Positions 8,896 through 17,755 of a DNA stretch of 64,000 nucleotides are shown piece by piece. The notes under the pieces were generated by a model. It made no database searches and was not told the DNA's origin. It saw only the letters and a program-made list of their open reading frames with translations. This stretch comes from a virus (lineage: Duplodnaviria > Caudoviricetes): the IMG/VR virus record IMGVR_UViG_3300002839_000006, positions 17,703-81,702 of that record; one strand, given 5' to 3'. Position 1 is the first letter of the stretch. The number at the start of each line of letters is the position of its first letter. Made by a program: the position numbers and the translations under genes.

Positions 8896-10585
8896 TATTT
8901 ACGTTTTCTTCGATATATTTTAGACACTGCATAGTCAATGGATCGTCTTTACTCATCAGTGACTTCTTGAATGCCTGTGCTGGTGCACCTGATTGATCTT
9001 CCTGGTTGAACTTATCAAATGGATTTTGAGCACCTGCTTCTGGTTCACCTGTCATCTCATCTACTGCCTCGTTACTTCCCTGCCCACCCATCATCTTCAT
9101 TTGTTGTGCCTGTAGATAAACTGGATTCAATATAGTGTCAGTCTTTTCATTGAAAGGTCTTCCCATCTCAGCTTCAAATGCTGCTTCAAATGGCATCTGA
9201 CCTGAAGCTATCTTCTTAGCTATAAGGTCAACCAACTCCATCTCGTCCTGTGTATCAATACCAGTAAACACCAATTCATAGTCTGAATCTATCTCTGATA
9301 CCAACCACTTGGTCAATACCTTTTCCCAGAATAGGAGTATTGGCTTCAACCCTTTCTTTTTACTATGCTGTATTCTTTCTTTCTGTCCTGCCTGACCAAA
9401 TAACTGTGCTGACTTCTGGAACTGATAACCTAACTCTGAAGGATCAATAGTGAATACTGAGCATAACATAATAATAAGAAATTCCATCCATTGTTGGAAC
9501 TCCATATCCTTATTTGTTCCCTGTAAATCTATCCATTCTAAGTCTATCCCACTGAAGATCGGTAATTTATGAGAATTTCCGACACCAGCTATCATCTGTC
9601 TCCATGTCTGTCTAAAATCATTCAGAACATCCATATTGACACCACCATCCTTAATATTTATGAATCCCTTAGGGTTACTACCCTGCTTAAAGAAGTTACC
9701 GTTGTATTGCATTCCCCACAACGACCAAGTGATAATATCCAGCAGCACCTCTACCTCAGATGTACCATATCCATTCTTATCAATAGATGTGGCTTTATTG
9801 CGTTGAGCATACATCAGCTCCCAAGGATAGTAAACTATCTCCTGTTTGGTTACTGGGTTGACCATCACGTTGCTCTGGTATACCTGAGCGTACCGTGGAT
9901 ACTGGCCAAACTGTTCTGTATACTTCTGCTTAGTCTGCTCTCTGAAACGTGGATCTATCGTCTCTAATATCCTTATAGTTGAAGCATCTATTGCTGTGTG
10001 TCCTATTAATTCAAATCTTCTGTTACGTTCACATTCAGCTGCCAACTGGTCATAGGTCATTGAATCTCTTAATGCTTTGCGGGTGAAATCTGCTAAGTCA
10101 TCAGTAGTATCCCATTTACCTTTTAGTCCACCATTCTCTAAATAGTTGACTATATATTCTATTTTCTTCTTGTCTTCCCTGTTTTCTTTTTGTTTCCCAG
10201 TATCAAAAATAGATCTCTTCTTACGTATAGTATATCCCTCTGATTTATTGTCATTGGTGAAACGTAGGAAGTTCTGTACCTGGAATATTCTTGTATTTAT
10301 GATAGACCCTACAATAGGTGTATCACCTACCTTCTTCAATACATCAAATGATACTCGCTTCCGTTGTTGCTTATACCCATTAGTTGAATAGTAAGCTTCA
10401 AAAGGATCGAATACGAATGACTTGATGTCCTTCTTCTTTTTATTCTTTTCTAACTCCTGTAGATAATTTTGAGCCTTGTAGATGTCATTAACATCAGTTG
10501 ACATTAACTGCTTCTCCAGAAGGAGACTTTTCTCTATCTGGAGCTTAGCAGTTTGTTCGTCTATTTGTTCTATTTCTCTATTCAT
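8888..10585 (-). CDS. Phage portal protein (SPO1/Herelleviridae-like)
   Basis: Motifs IINTR..QV..F, RDSMTYDQ...E, IDASTIR, YG.SEVE, YNGNFFKQGS.PKG, F...WRQ...G..NS.K.P are typical of large-myovirus portals. Confidence 0.9.
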   Translation of the reverse strand: MNREIEQIDEQTAKLQIEKSLLLEKQLMSTDVNDIYKAQNYLQELEKNKKKKDIKSFVFDPFEAYYSTNGYKQQRKRVSFDVLKKVGDTPIVGSIINTRIFQVQNFLRFTNDNKSEGYTIRKKRSIFDTGKQKENREDKKKIEYIVNYLENGGLKGKWDTTDDLADFTRKALRDSMTYDQLAAECERNRRFELIGHTAIDASTIRILETIDPRFREQTKQKYTEQFGQYPRYAQVYQSNVMVNPVTKQEIVYYPWELMYAQRNKATSIDKNGYGTSEVEVLLDIITWSLWGMQYNGNFFKQGSNPKGFINIKDGGVNMDVLNDFRQTWRQMIAGVGNSHKLPIFSGIDLEWIDLQGTNKDMEFQQWMEFLIIMLCSVFTIDPSELGYQFQKSAQLFGQAGQKERIQHSKKKGLKPILLFWEKVLTKWLVSEIDSDYELVFTGIDTQDEMELVDLIAKKIASGQMPFEAAFEAEMGRPFNEKTDTILNPVYLQAQQMKMMGGQGSNEAVDEMTGEPEAGAQNPFDKFNQEDQSGAPAQAFKKSLMSKDDPLTMQCLKYIEENVNID

Positions 10586-10642
10586 AATCTATCGATATCA
10601 CTGACCATTCCTTCCTCGAAACTCGAAATTAGTGATATTCTT

Positions 10643-11194
10643 TTACGATGCTAATACAGTTACTGTGACTACATAACTCTTAGCTGCACCATTTGTTCCA
10701 GTCAATGCATAAGTTACTGGACTTGTGAAGTTGTTTGCAGTAGAAGCTGATGTTTGAGTGTCATTACCTATTTTAACAGTTGTGTTGGCTGTCTTAGTAA
10801 ACGTTGCTATCAATGATGCTGGATTAGTTCCAAAAGGTACACTCAATGTAATAGTGCCTGCAGCTTGATCAATTACAATTGCTGTTGCTGAAGGTAATGT
10901 GAATGTCAATAACTGGATAGCAAGGTTATCTACAACTGCAGCTGCTCTGTCTGTGTAGGAAGTCAGTGTCAGGTTTAATGCTACTGCTTTTGCTTTGAAC
11001 AGAGTTACTGTTGATTCCAGATAATCATGGAATAATCCTATTGCTTGTCCTGCTGAAAGTAGTCCTGGAGTTACTACTCCTGCTACTTCTGATTTAATCT
11101 CATTAATAAATAGGCGATCATTTGTACTGATGCCATTTGTCAAATAGGAAACTTTGAAGCTCTTGTCTATTGGACTAAATACGTATTGTTTCAT
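10643..11194 (-). CDS. Protein with C-terminal DUF5018/cadherin-like Ig domain (possible capsid decoration)
   Basis: LLTFTL...IDQAAGTITLSVPFGT..ASLIATFT...NNFTSPVTYAL..NG..KSYVVTVTV. Confidence 0.65.
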   Translation of the reverse strand: MKQYVFSPIDKSFKVSYLTNGISTNDRLFINEIKSEVAGVVTPGLLSAGQAIGLFHDYLESTVTLFKAKAVALNLTLTSYTDRAAAVVDNLAIQLLTFTLPSATAIVIDQAAGTITLSVPFGTNPASLIATFTKTANTTVKIGNDTQTSASTANNFTSPVTYALTGTNGAAKSYVVTVTVLAS

Positions 11195-11235
11195 TGTTTA
11201 TATGTCTTTTAAATTATTGGTTGCGGAATTATTCT

Positions 11236-12270
11236 TTACTCGTCTGAAATACCTTTATCAAAGCCCTCTTTCTCTAAATCTTCCCAACTTTTAAATATAA
11301 CAGGAGCACCTCTATTTGCTCTAAAATTTGCTCCGTCTTCATCCACACTTCTTACTTCATACTCTTTACCATCTTTATCAACAATAAAATCTCCAGCTTC
11401 AACATCGTCTAATTTATTGGTTGGATTTGTTTCTTTTTTATTTTCTACAGCATATAAATCATCATCGTCTCCAGAAGGAACTCTTCTCTCATCTTTTTTA
11501 TCTTCTTTCTTAGTCCCAAACTTCTGCCCTACTCTCCCCAACTTCATATTCTCAGGAGTGTTCATGTAGGTTCCGCCTCTTGACTTCTGGATCTCTCCCT
11601 CCTTTGGTTCATCCCAAAGTATCTGAGCAGCCCTTACAAACATAAAGTCTTCTTGTAGATGACCCCCTGCATTAGCTGAGATAACTTTAATAGGTGAGAA
11701 AGATTTGATTTCATCAGCTACTGCCTTCATGATCTTATCTTTGTTCATAGCTTTATTATTATAGCCATGTTTTGCGTTAAAATTCTTCACATTAGCGCTA
11801 TGCTCTTCAGATAATGCATCAAGCTCTTTTCTAAGAAGAACTTTCTTAGATTCTTCTGGTTCTGCTTTGATCTTATCTAAAACAACTCTTCTTTTTGCTT
11901 CGTGTTCTGTATTCAGCTTCTCGCCTTCACTAGCGTACTTGTCTCTATCACTTACTGCATCAAGTTCATCTTTATCTTTAGTCTTATTAGCTTTTACTTC
12001 AACCCAATCTTTATGGGAATTTCCTGTCTCAGACACTTTTCGCCAGATCACTCCCGAAGGCGAAGTGTGAATAGTTCCAATAGGGGATTTCTTGCCCTTT
12101 TCGATATCATTATCCAAACTCTTTGTGATCTCGTTCATGTTCTCCTCAGCAAATAGCTTTACTTGTTCGTAGGTGAATGCTTCTACCTCATTGAGTTTGA
12201 TCTTTCTGTCAAGATCGTCTTTATGGATTGTTTCCATTAAATTGTCTGTTATTGAATTAACAAAATACAT
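11236..12270 (-). CDS. Head-associated family protein 2
   Basis: DIEKGKKSPIGTIHTSPSGVIWRKVSETGNSHKDWVEVK; second internal motif EIQKSRGGTYMNTPENMKLGRVGQKFG; SH3-like C-terminus. Confidence 0.7.
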   Translation of the reverse strand: MYFVNSITDNLMETIHKDDLDRKIKLNEVEAFTYEQVKLFAEENMNEITKSLDNDIEKGKKSPIGTIHTSPSGVIWRKVSETGNSHKDWVEVKANKTKDKDELDAVSDRDKYASEGEKLNTEHEAKRRVVLDKIKAEPEESKKVLLRKELDALSEEHSANVKNFNAKHGYNNKAMNKDKIMKAVADEIKSFSPIKVISANAGGHLQEDFMFVRAAQILWDEPKEGEIQKSRGGTYMNTPENMKLGRVGQKFGTKKEDKKDERRVPSGDDDDLYAVENKKETNPTNKLDDVEAGDFIVDKDGKEYEVRSVDEDGANFRANRGAPVIFKSWEDLEKEGFDKGISDE

Positions 12271-12320
12271 TTTGAGTTTATAAAATTAAATAAATTAATT
12301 GTAAAAATAAAATTTATCAT

Positions 12321-12358
12321 AAAATAAAGAAAGGGAACCAATCCTTGACTGATTCCCC
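12321..12358 (-). terminator. Rho-independent terminator after the tmRNA coding piece
   Basis: Minus strand GGGAATCAGT-CAAGG-ATTGGTTCCC followed by TTTCTTTATTTT. Confidence 0.8.
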
Positions 12359-12683
12359 ATTCCCGAATTTAAGCTACTGCTTTCAACTCTTGAAACATTG
12401 GTATTGTTTTGCCTTTTATGGCCTAGCAACTTCTTTTTGTTATCCTCTCATATGCAATCGAAAATTCTTTATGCCCCTAGTATTAATTAATATTTGAGGG
12501 AAACAATCGTTAGTTAATCTTCCCTCGATCATGGCAACTGATCTCGTGGAGCATCTGGGATTCAAACCCAGGTCTTGCATTTAAGCCAATAATCTCACTG
12601 CTAGTATTTTTAAATAACTTTAAGCAGATCCATCTTGGAAGCCTTTGCTTTCTCACTGTGTTGTGTGATACCTACTTAATGTG
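12333..12683 (-). ncRNA. ssrA: Circularly permuted (two-piece) tmRNA
   Basis: In transcript order the acceptor piece ends ...TGCAA-GAC-CTGGG TTTGAAT CCCAG-ATGCTCC-A (12579-12547). A 69-nt intervening segment follows, then the coding piece starting GGGGCAT (12477), which pairs with ATGCTCC including the G3:U70 Ala determinant. Tag ORF 12413-12369 reads GKTIPMFQELKAVA*. Outer limits are approximate. Confidence 0.85.
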
Positions 12684-12756
12684 TATAAGCAATAGGACTC
12701 GAACCTATGATCTCTACATCCCAAATGTAGCGGGTTACCAACTCCCCTATGCCTAT
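12684..12756 (-). tRNA. tRNA-Pro (TGG)
   Basis: Acceptor ATAGGCA/TGCTTAT, D arm GGGG-AGTTGGTA-ACCC, anticodon arm CTACA-TTTGGGA-TGTAG, T arm ATAGG-TTCGAGT-CCTAT; CCA not encoded. Confidence 0.9.
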
Positions 12757-12762
12757 ATTTGT

Positions 12763-12803
12763 AAATGGAGTAGCTGATTGCTATCGTTTGTTCTACTCCA
12801 TTT
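12763..12803. repeat. 11-bp perfect inverted repeat upstream of tRNA-Pro
   Basis: AAATGGAGTAG (12763-12773) / CTACTCCATTT (12793-12803), 19-nt loop. Confidence 0.75.
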
Positions 12804-12921
12804 ATTTTTGTTCATAAATCCTGTGAATTAATTGTTCTTATTTATAAAAGCTAAACACTTTAAGAAGGCATAAAATTAAATAAAATATCTTTCACTTTTA
12901 TATTTTATTTAAAATTTATCC

Positions 12922-12944
12922 TTATTTATAATAGTTTTAACTAA
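12922..12944. promoter_or_regulatory. 23-bp palindromic site, 51 bp from TAAAATT box at 12871 (upstream of tRNA-Pro/tmRNA)
   Basis: TTATTTATAA-TAG-TTTTAACTAA. Confidence 0.6.
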
Positions 12945-13974
12945 AGAATGGGTAGAAGCAGCCCTGTGACTTAGTTATTCCTCTTTCACCTACCCAAATG
13001 TCTATAATCCAAAAACCTGTATGTGCTGAAATTCTCTTTGCCCTCATCCACTTACTTTGTTTTTCTATACACCCTGCACCGTAGCAATGTATGTTCCGTT
13101 CAAACACATATACTGCCTTGTGAACATGACCTAATAGTAGTAGACTTGGCTTCTCCCCACCTGTAAAACTTTCAACCACCTTTTGTATCCGGTAAGATGT
13201 TGCGTAGGAGGAGCTATCCTCTCCATGCCATAATTTAATTATTGCTCTCCCACCCAGATTTATATCTCCTTCATCATGACCTAAAAAAGTAGCATTAGGT
13301 AACATCTCGCATATATCTTTTACGATCAATGCACCATTGGATTTTATAAACCATCTGTCGTGGTTGCCATCTATCATATAAATTTTACCATCCCACTTAC
13401 TGAAGATGTCTACTGCCTCTCTTCTTTGTTGGTCATAACCCAGTTGGTCTAACTCGTATATCTGACCAGGTCGATTTGACATACCCTCAGTTACATCTCC
13501 TGCATGGCATATGAAATCTACTTTCTCCTTCTTAAATTCTTCAAATGCTTGGAATAGTTCTTGTTTATTGAAATACTTGCTCCCTATATGTGTATCTGCA
13601 AGTAAACCTATCCTTATATGATCACCCTCAAAGTCTACCAGTGTAGCATTCTGCTTAGCTGTTATCCCTGTACCATTTGCTATTGACTGTAGCTCGGCAG
13701 GTGTATACATCTCTGATATCTTCTTCAGTAAAGGATGCTTGTCAAGACTAAATTGACTTTCTAACATCCCTGTTTCTACTTTCTCTTCTTGTTTCTCTCT
13801 TTTCTCTCTATCATCTGACCCATTACAACCTTGATAATATTGAATGAGTTTTCTTACTCCATTCAAAGTATCCCAAACATTAGGGTTCTCTTTAAATATA
13901 AGTTTTGCTACTCCATTCTTACTTAAATCTGGATAATCTTTTAAATATTTCTTAATTATGTCTGATTTACTCAT
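12937..13974 (-). CDS. Calcineurin-like metallophosphoesterase with N-terminal extension
   Basis: DTHIGS, GDVTEG, GNHD, HG and GHVHK motifs. Confidence 0.9.
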   Translation of the reverse strand: MSKSDIIKKYLKDYPDLSKNGVAKLIFKENPNVWDTLNGVRKLIQYYQGCNGSDDREKREKQEEKVETGMLESQFSLDKHPLLKKISEMYTPAELQSIANGTGITAKQNATLVDFEGDHIRIGLLADTHIGSKYFNKQELFQAFEEFKKEKVDFICHAGDVTEGMSNRPGQIYELDQLGYDQQRREAVDIFSKWDGKIYMIDGNHDRWFIKSNGALIVKDICEMLPNATFLGHDEGDINLGGRAIIKLWHGEDSSSYATSYRIQKVVESFTGGEKPSLLLLGHVHKAVYVFERNIHCYGAGCIEKQSKWMRAKRISAHTGFWIIDIWVGERGITKSQGCFYPFFS

Positions 13975-14077
13975 TACTTTTATTTAATAATCTATCGAAA
14001 TAAACATGTCTAACAGTGTTAAATCTATTATTGGTATATTTATATTGATATACTCTTAACCTTTGTTAGACCTCATT

Positions 14078-14126
14078 AAAAACAAAAAGAGATACAGTTA
14101 CCATTGTCTATAGTCGCTGTATCTCT
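14078..14126 (-). terminator. Probable terminator (long-loop hairpin)
   Basis: AGAGATACAG (14088-14097) / CTGTATCTCT (14117-14126), followed on the minus strand by TTTTGTTTTT. Confidence 0.6.
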
Positions 14127-14223
14127 CTTAATTACTTCAGTTTCTTCATCTATTGTTGGTCTATTCCCAAAATTGATTTTATAAAATTAAATAAAATTAT
14201 TACATAACCAAAATTATTTTTAT

Positions 14224-14490
14224 TTATAGCAACTCATTCCCTTTCTTACTTAGTTTCTCATTCAATACCCTTACTGCATTGTCGTCGCCGAATATCTCTT
14301 TAAATCTGTCAATCATAACTACGACAGTTTGTATTTGTTCGTAATGAGTGCATGAAGCAATATTTCTCTCAATATATTCAAATATACTTAATAGTGTTAC
14401 AACTGGTTTAATAGGTACGTTCACTTCATCGTAAATACTGTATCCTTCAGTTATATCTCCCTTAATATGAATTGTTATCTTATCATTCAT
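14224..14490 (-). CDS. Hypothetical protein
   Basis: 88-aa ORF within a tightly packed minus-strand run. Confidence 0.55.
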   Translation of the reverse strand: MNDKITIHIKGDITEGYSIYDEVNVPIKPVVTLLSIFEYIERNIASCTHYEQIQTVVVMIDRFKEIFGDDNAVRVLNEKLSKKGNELL

Positions 14491-14622
14491 TATCTGCTCT
14501 TTTTATTTTGTTCATGTAACTCATCTTCTTTCTGTTTCTCTGCCATCTTAATAATGAACTCTTTCAACTCCCTATACTGTTTAATAGATAAACTGGATAT
14601 AGTGGCTTGCCTGTCAGGTTTA

Positions 14623-14820
14623 CTAAATAATGCTGTCATCTTCTCCCTTTCTTTTTATTTCATCATCATTACTTACACTTATCAATAGGAATACAAATAC
14701 CAGAAACATATAAATCCATACTATTTCCTTATCTGCACCCTGAAAATACAAATATACTTCCTTAATACAACAAAGTATTGCTAATGCTAAACTTATCCAT
14801 TTAATAATTATCCTTTTCAT
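14623..14820 (-). CDS. Small two-TM membrane protein
   Basis: Two hydrophobic stretches; ATGA overlap with the upstream gene. Confidence 0.6.
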   Translation of the reverse strand: MKRIIIKWISLALAILCCIKEVYLYFQGADKEIVWIYMFLVFVFLLISVSNDDEIKRKGEDDSII

Positions 14821-15020
14821 CTCTTCACTCTCTTTCTTATTAGTGTTACTGGTTTATCCACATTTAACATAAATTCTTTATTCCAACAAGCGTTTGTCTT
14901 TTCATCCCTAATTAGGATAAACTTAGTCTCAGTCACAACCAGTAGTGAATTGTCTTTGCCTTCATATGTTTTTCCACCTGATAATTGAATATCAGCTAAT
15001 CTCCAGAACTTAGTCTTCAT
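14817..15020 (-). CDS. Hypothetical protein (MKTKFW paralogue B)
   Basis: Starts MKTKFW and ends LIRKRVKR; ATGA-coupled. Confidence 0.65.
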   Translation of the reverse strand: MKTKFWRLADIQLSGGKTYEGKDNSLLVVTETKFILIRDEKTNACWNKEFMLNVDKPVTLIRKRVKR

Positions 15021-15178
15021 ACTCTTCTCTTTCTTATTAACAAGTTAGATCTTTTTAGTGTACCACAATAAAGATAAAAACCTGACTTAGCGACAACCAT
15101 TGTACTATCATCTTTAGTGTAAACTTTGTTCCCATCAAGATTACACGTTAATATCAAATTCCAAAACTTAGTTTTCAT
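15017..15178 (-). CDS. Hypothetical protein (MKTKFW paralogue A, 53 aa, absent from the ORF track)
   Basis: Manual translation MKTKFWNLILTCNLDGNKVYTKDDSTMVVAKSGFYLYCGTLKRSNLLIRKRRV*; ATGA overlaps at both ends. Confidence 0.7.
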   Translation of the reverse strand: MKTKFWNLILTCNLDGNKVYTKDDSTMVVAKSGFYLYCGTLKRSNLLIRKRRV

Positions 15179-15417
15179 GTTGTACCATTAAATAGTCGTT
15201 CCAAATCTTCATCCTCTTGATGTGGTTCATCCTTCTTTATTATTTCTTTAAAGATGTAAGAATGTTCATTGTGTTCACATCTTTTCATTCTCCCCGATAG
15301 ACTGCAAGTTGAGATTAAATAACCCTCATAATAACATCCAATACAAGAATCTATAATCTGTGTTGGAACTAATTCAAATGTCATAATTCCATCTTTCACT
15401 ATTTTATTCTTTTTCAT
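15175..15417 (-). CDS. Small Cys4 (CxxC..C..C) protein
   Basis: SCIGCYY...TCS...RC...YIFKE. Confidence 0.6.
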   Translation of the reverse strand: MKKNKIVKDGIMTFELVPTQIIDSCIGCYYEGYLISTCSLSGRMKRCEHNEHSYIFKEIIKKDEPHQEDEDLERLFNGTT

Positions 15418-15812
15418 CCTCTCTGTTCCTCCAACCGTTTTATAAATGCCTCGAAGTCCCTCTTTACTTTCCTTATAGCATTCTTTTCATTCAATGCCCA
15501 GATATATATAGCATTGGGATCATAGTCTGCCTTATGTGTTATTTCAGCTCCTAACCTTGCTTCTTTACTTTGATTTGGGTATAGGAATGGATTAATATAG
15601 TTCTTGACCTTAGCTGCCTTTACAAAGGACATAGTTGCCTTAGATTTAATTGGCACCTGATATGCTGTCCAGTCGCTTGGATTCACCCCAAATAGGATCA
15701 GTCCTGGTTTCTTTATGATGCTCTGCTTTAGGGTGTACTCTTTGTTCATCTCAGCTACAAGGTGTGTAGTGTAGTGATGAAGTACTGGTAATGGTGTCTC
15801 TAGTTCTAACAT
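15414..15812 (-). CDS. Hypothetical protein
   Basis: ORF 15414-15863; likely start at the second Met (15812), which avoids overlap with the upstream gene. Confidence 0.55.
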   Translation of the reverse strand: MLELETPLPVLHHYTTHLVAEMNKEYTLKQSIIKKPGLILFGVNPSDWTAYQVPIKSKATMSFVKAAKVKNYINPFLYPNQSKEARLGAEITHKADYDPNAIYIWALNEKNAIRKVKRDFEAFIKRLEEQRG

Positions 15813-15823
15813 TTTCTTCTCTT

Positions 15824-16135
15824 TTATTTTAAGATCCAGTAATAAAGAAATGCAAATCCCCATGCTACTAAGTATATAAATACATTAGATAGAATAGCAG
15901 TTAAAGATTCTTCAATTGCATCTTTGAACTCTTTGTTCTCTGTCTTTTTATAAGTGAACTTCAATAACTGCAGAATCAATACTACTCCTAGAATTTGAAG
16001 GAAGGAGAATTGTGTGATAAAATTCAATTGATAAAGTGTAGCAATTGAAATAATGATGTGAACTCCTAATAGGGTCACAAGTGCTGACAAAATTATTGTC
16101 AAAATAAATGCTGTTAATTGTCCTAATGATTTCAT
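15824..16135 (-). CDS. Multi-pass membrane protein
   Basis: Three hydrophobic segments; follows the promoter-like box at 16164. Confidence 0.65.
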   Translation of the reverse strand: MKSLGQLTAFILTIILSALVTLLGVHIIISIATLYQLNFITQFSFLQILGVVLILQLLKFTYKKTENKEFKDAIEESLTAILSNVFIYLVAWGFAFLYYWILK

Positions 16136-16203
16136 TTTCTCTTCTCTTTTTATTTTGAATGCTTAAAATTAAATATAATTCTGATACCTTTTATTTTTAG
16201 TGC

Positions 16204-16226
16204 TTATTTATAAACGTTTTAGTTAA
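16204..16226. promoter_or_regulatory. 23-bp palindromic site, 40 bp from TAAAATT box at 16164
   Basis: TTATTTATAA-ACG-TTTTAGTTAA. Confidence 0.55.
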
Positions 16227-16227
16227 C

Positions 16228-16464
16228 CTACATCCATCGGAATCCACAATCCTTACAAGTACAAGTCCCATAATTATCTTCTTTAGTACGATCACTCTTA
16301 CACTCAGGACACTTTTGATTTTCCTCTTCCAATTTATATTCTCTCTTCTCTTTATCTTCCAAGTACCCATTCACTTGGCTTGTACTCAATTGAAATAAAG
16401 AACGATCATTTAGCCACCTTGTATAATCATCCAACAACTCCATTGCTTCTACTTTCTTTATCAT
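16228..16464 (-). CDS. Small zinc-ribbon protein
   Basis: C-terminal CPECKS...CTCKDCG. Confidence 0.65.
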   Translation of the reverse strand: MIKKVEAMELLDDYTRWLNDRSLFQLSTSQVNGYLEDKEKREYKLEEENQKCPECKSDRTKEDNYGTCTCKDCGFRWM

Positions 16465-16616
16465 CTTGCTCTCTTTTTAGATTTACGTTTTGCTTTTAGT
16501 TTACTGAATGTTTCTTTGGCTTTGTTATGATTTACTTCAGCTTCCTTATCAGTCATACAAACTTGATTATCGTCTTTGTATCCTTTGGGACAGGTTAATT
16601 TATATGACTTCATCTA

Positions 16617-17462
16617 TTATTCTCCTTTCTGATAGTCAACAAGTATAGATACACCACTTTGTCTTAATTCAATATACTTGTCAGTGATTACATAACTAAA
16701 TGATAAGTGTCTATCAAAAATGTTTGTTATAATAGAAATTAACTTATTTTTTAGTTCTATTGTTTCATATAGAGACTTACAGCTGACTATGTCTTTACCA
16801 AATATAAGTTTACTTCCATAATCTTTCACTGATATAACTTTCTGAATTTTATACAATGAAACAATGAATCCCTTTGCTTGAATATCACTGTCTGCTTTTT
16901 GGCTCTCCTTCTTCTCTTCTTTCTTGACACGATATTTACAACCGTCCCAACTCCAAAGTGGTGTATCAGTTATCCAATTATCTTCATCGTCAAAAGTCCA
17001 TTCAATATTACTTTCACTTTTCAGTTTTCCATTCCAAGCTCTTTTAATAGTAAGTCTTCTTTGATATTCAGATTTATCTGGCAGCTCTTCTTCTTTTACT
17101 CTGTAATCACATACATCCCATTCCCAACTAGGATAGCTTTGTCCTCCTACAAAATGATAATCTAACCACTCAATCTTTGTATGATGTAGGAATCTGAATT
17201 CAATATTGCATTCTTTCCCTTTCTTTTTATTCCACTTCTCTTCAATCTTTCTTCTTCTGGTAAACTCTTCTACTGTCTGAGATACTTCCTCCTGCAGTTT
17301 ATCTAATACCCTTTGAAATTGATCGTCGATAACACATTTACAATTCATTGAAAGATCAATAGGTGGCTGGCTATTCATTAATGCTTCTGCATACGAATCC
17401 AGTTTGCTCTCTTCTTTCTCTTCTGTGATCTCAATGTTGATCCCTTTGTACTTTATTTTCAT
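16617..17462 (-). CDS. Hypothetical protein with two NIE...P.W.W..C.YRVK repeats
   Basis: SWEWDVCDYRVKEE and LWSWDGCKYRVKKEE. Confidence 0.65.
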   Translation of the reverse strand: MKIKYKGINIEITEEKEESKLDSYAEALMNSQPPIDLSMNCKCVIDDQFQRVLDKLQEEVSQTVEEFTRRRKIEEKWNKKKGKECNIEFRFLHHTKIEWLDYHFVGGQSYPSWEWDVCDYRVKEEELPDKSEYQRRLTIKRAWNGKLKSESNIEWTFDDEDNWITDTPLWSWDGCKYRVKKEEKKESQKADSDIQAKGFIVSLYKIQKVISVKDYGSKLIFGKDIVSCKSLYETIELKNKLISIITNIFDRHLSFSYVITDKYIELRQSGVSILVDYQKGE

Positions 17463-17465
17463 GGC

Positions 17466-17666
17466 TTATTTCTTTATAAAAATTGAATATCCTTTATCCC
17501 ACCACTCATTCTCTCTGTAACTCCAAAACTTAATAGAAGGTACTGAATACCCTTCTTCAGTAACAATGTTATTGTCTTGCATTGTTATCCATTCATTATC
17601 ATCAAAGTTTTCATGTGTTATCTTTTTGCCTTGTTGCATAAGATAAATTGCTTGCTCTTTTGTCAT
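17466..17666 (-). CDS. Hypothetical phage protein
   Basis: 66 aa; MT..QA...M..G.KITH..F...EWI pattern. Confidence 0.6.
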   Translation of the reverse strand: MTKEQAIYLMQQGKKITHENFDDNEWITMQDNNIVTEEGYSVPSIKFWSYRENEWWDKGYSIFIKK

Positions 17667-17755
17667 TTCATTTTCTCCTTTTTCTTTTGTCTTGTCCTAC
17701 AGGGAAAATCCTGACTCGGCGATTGATTATTAATTAGATACAGTTCTATTATATA

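Noticed and set aside
12547-12620. Ordinary tRNA ending at 12547
   Set aside because: There is no matching 5' acceptor strand or anticodon arm at tRNA distance upstream. The complementary strand lies downstream at 12477-12471, which fits a permuted tmRNA.
17695-17750. Small structured RNA around CAGGGAAAATCCTG
   Set aside because: Only one short hairpin is present, which is too little to distinguish from chance.
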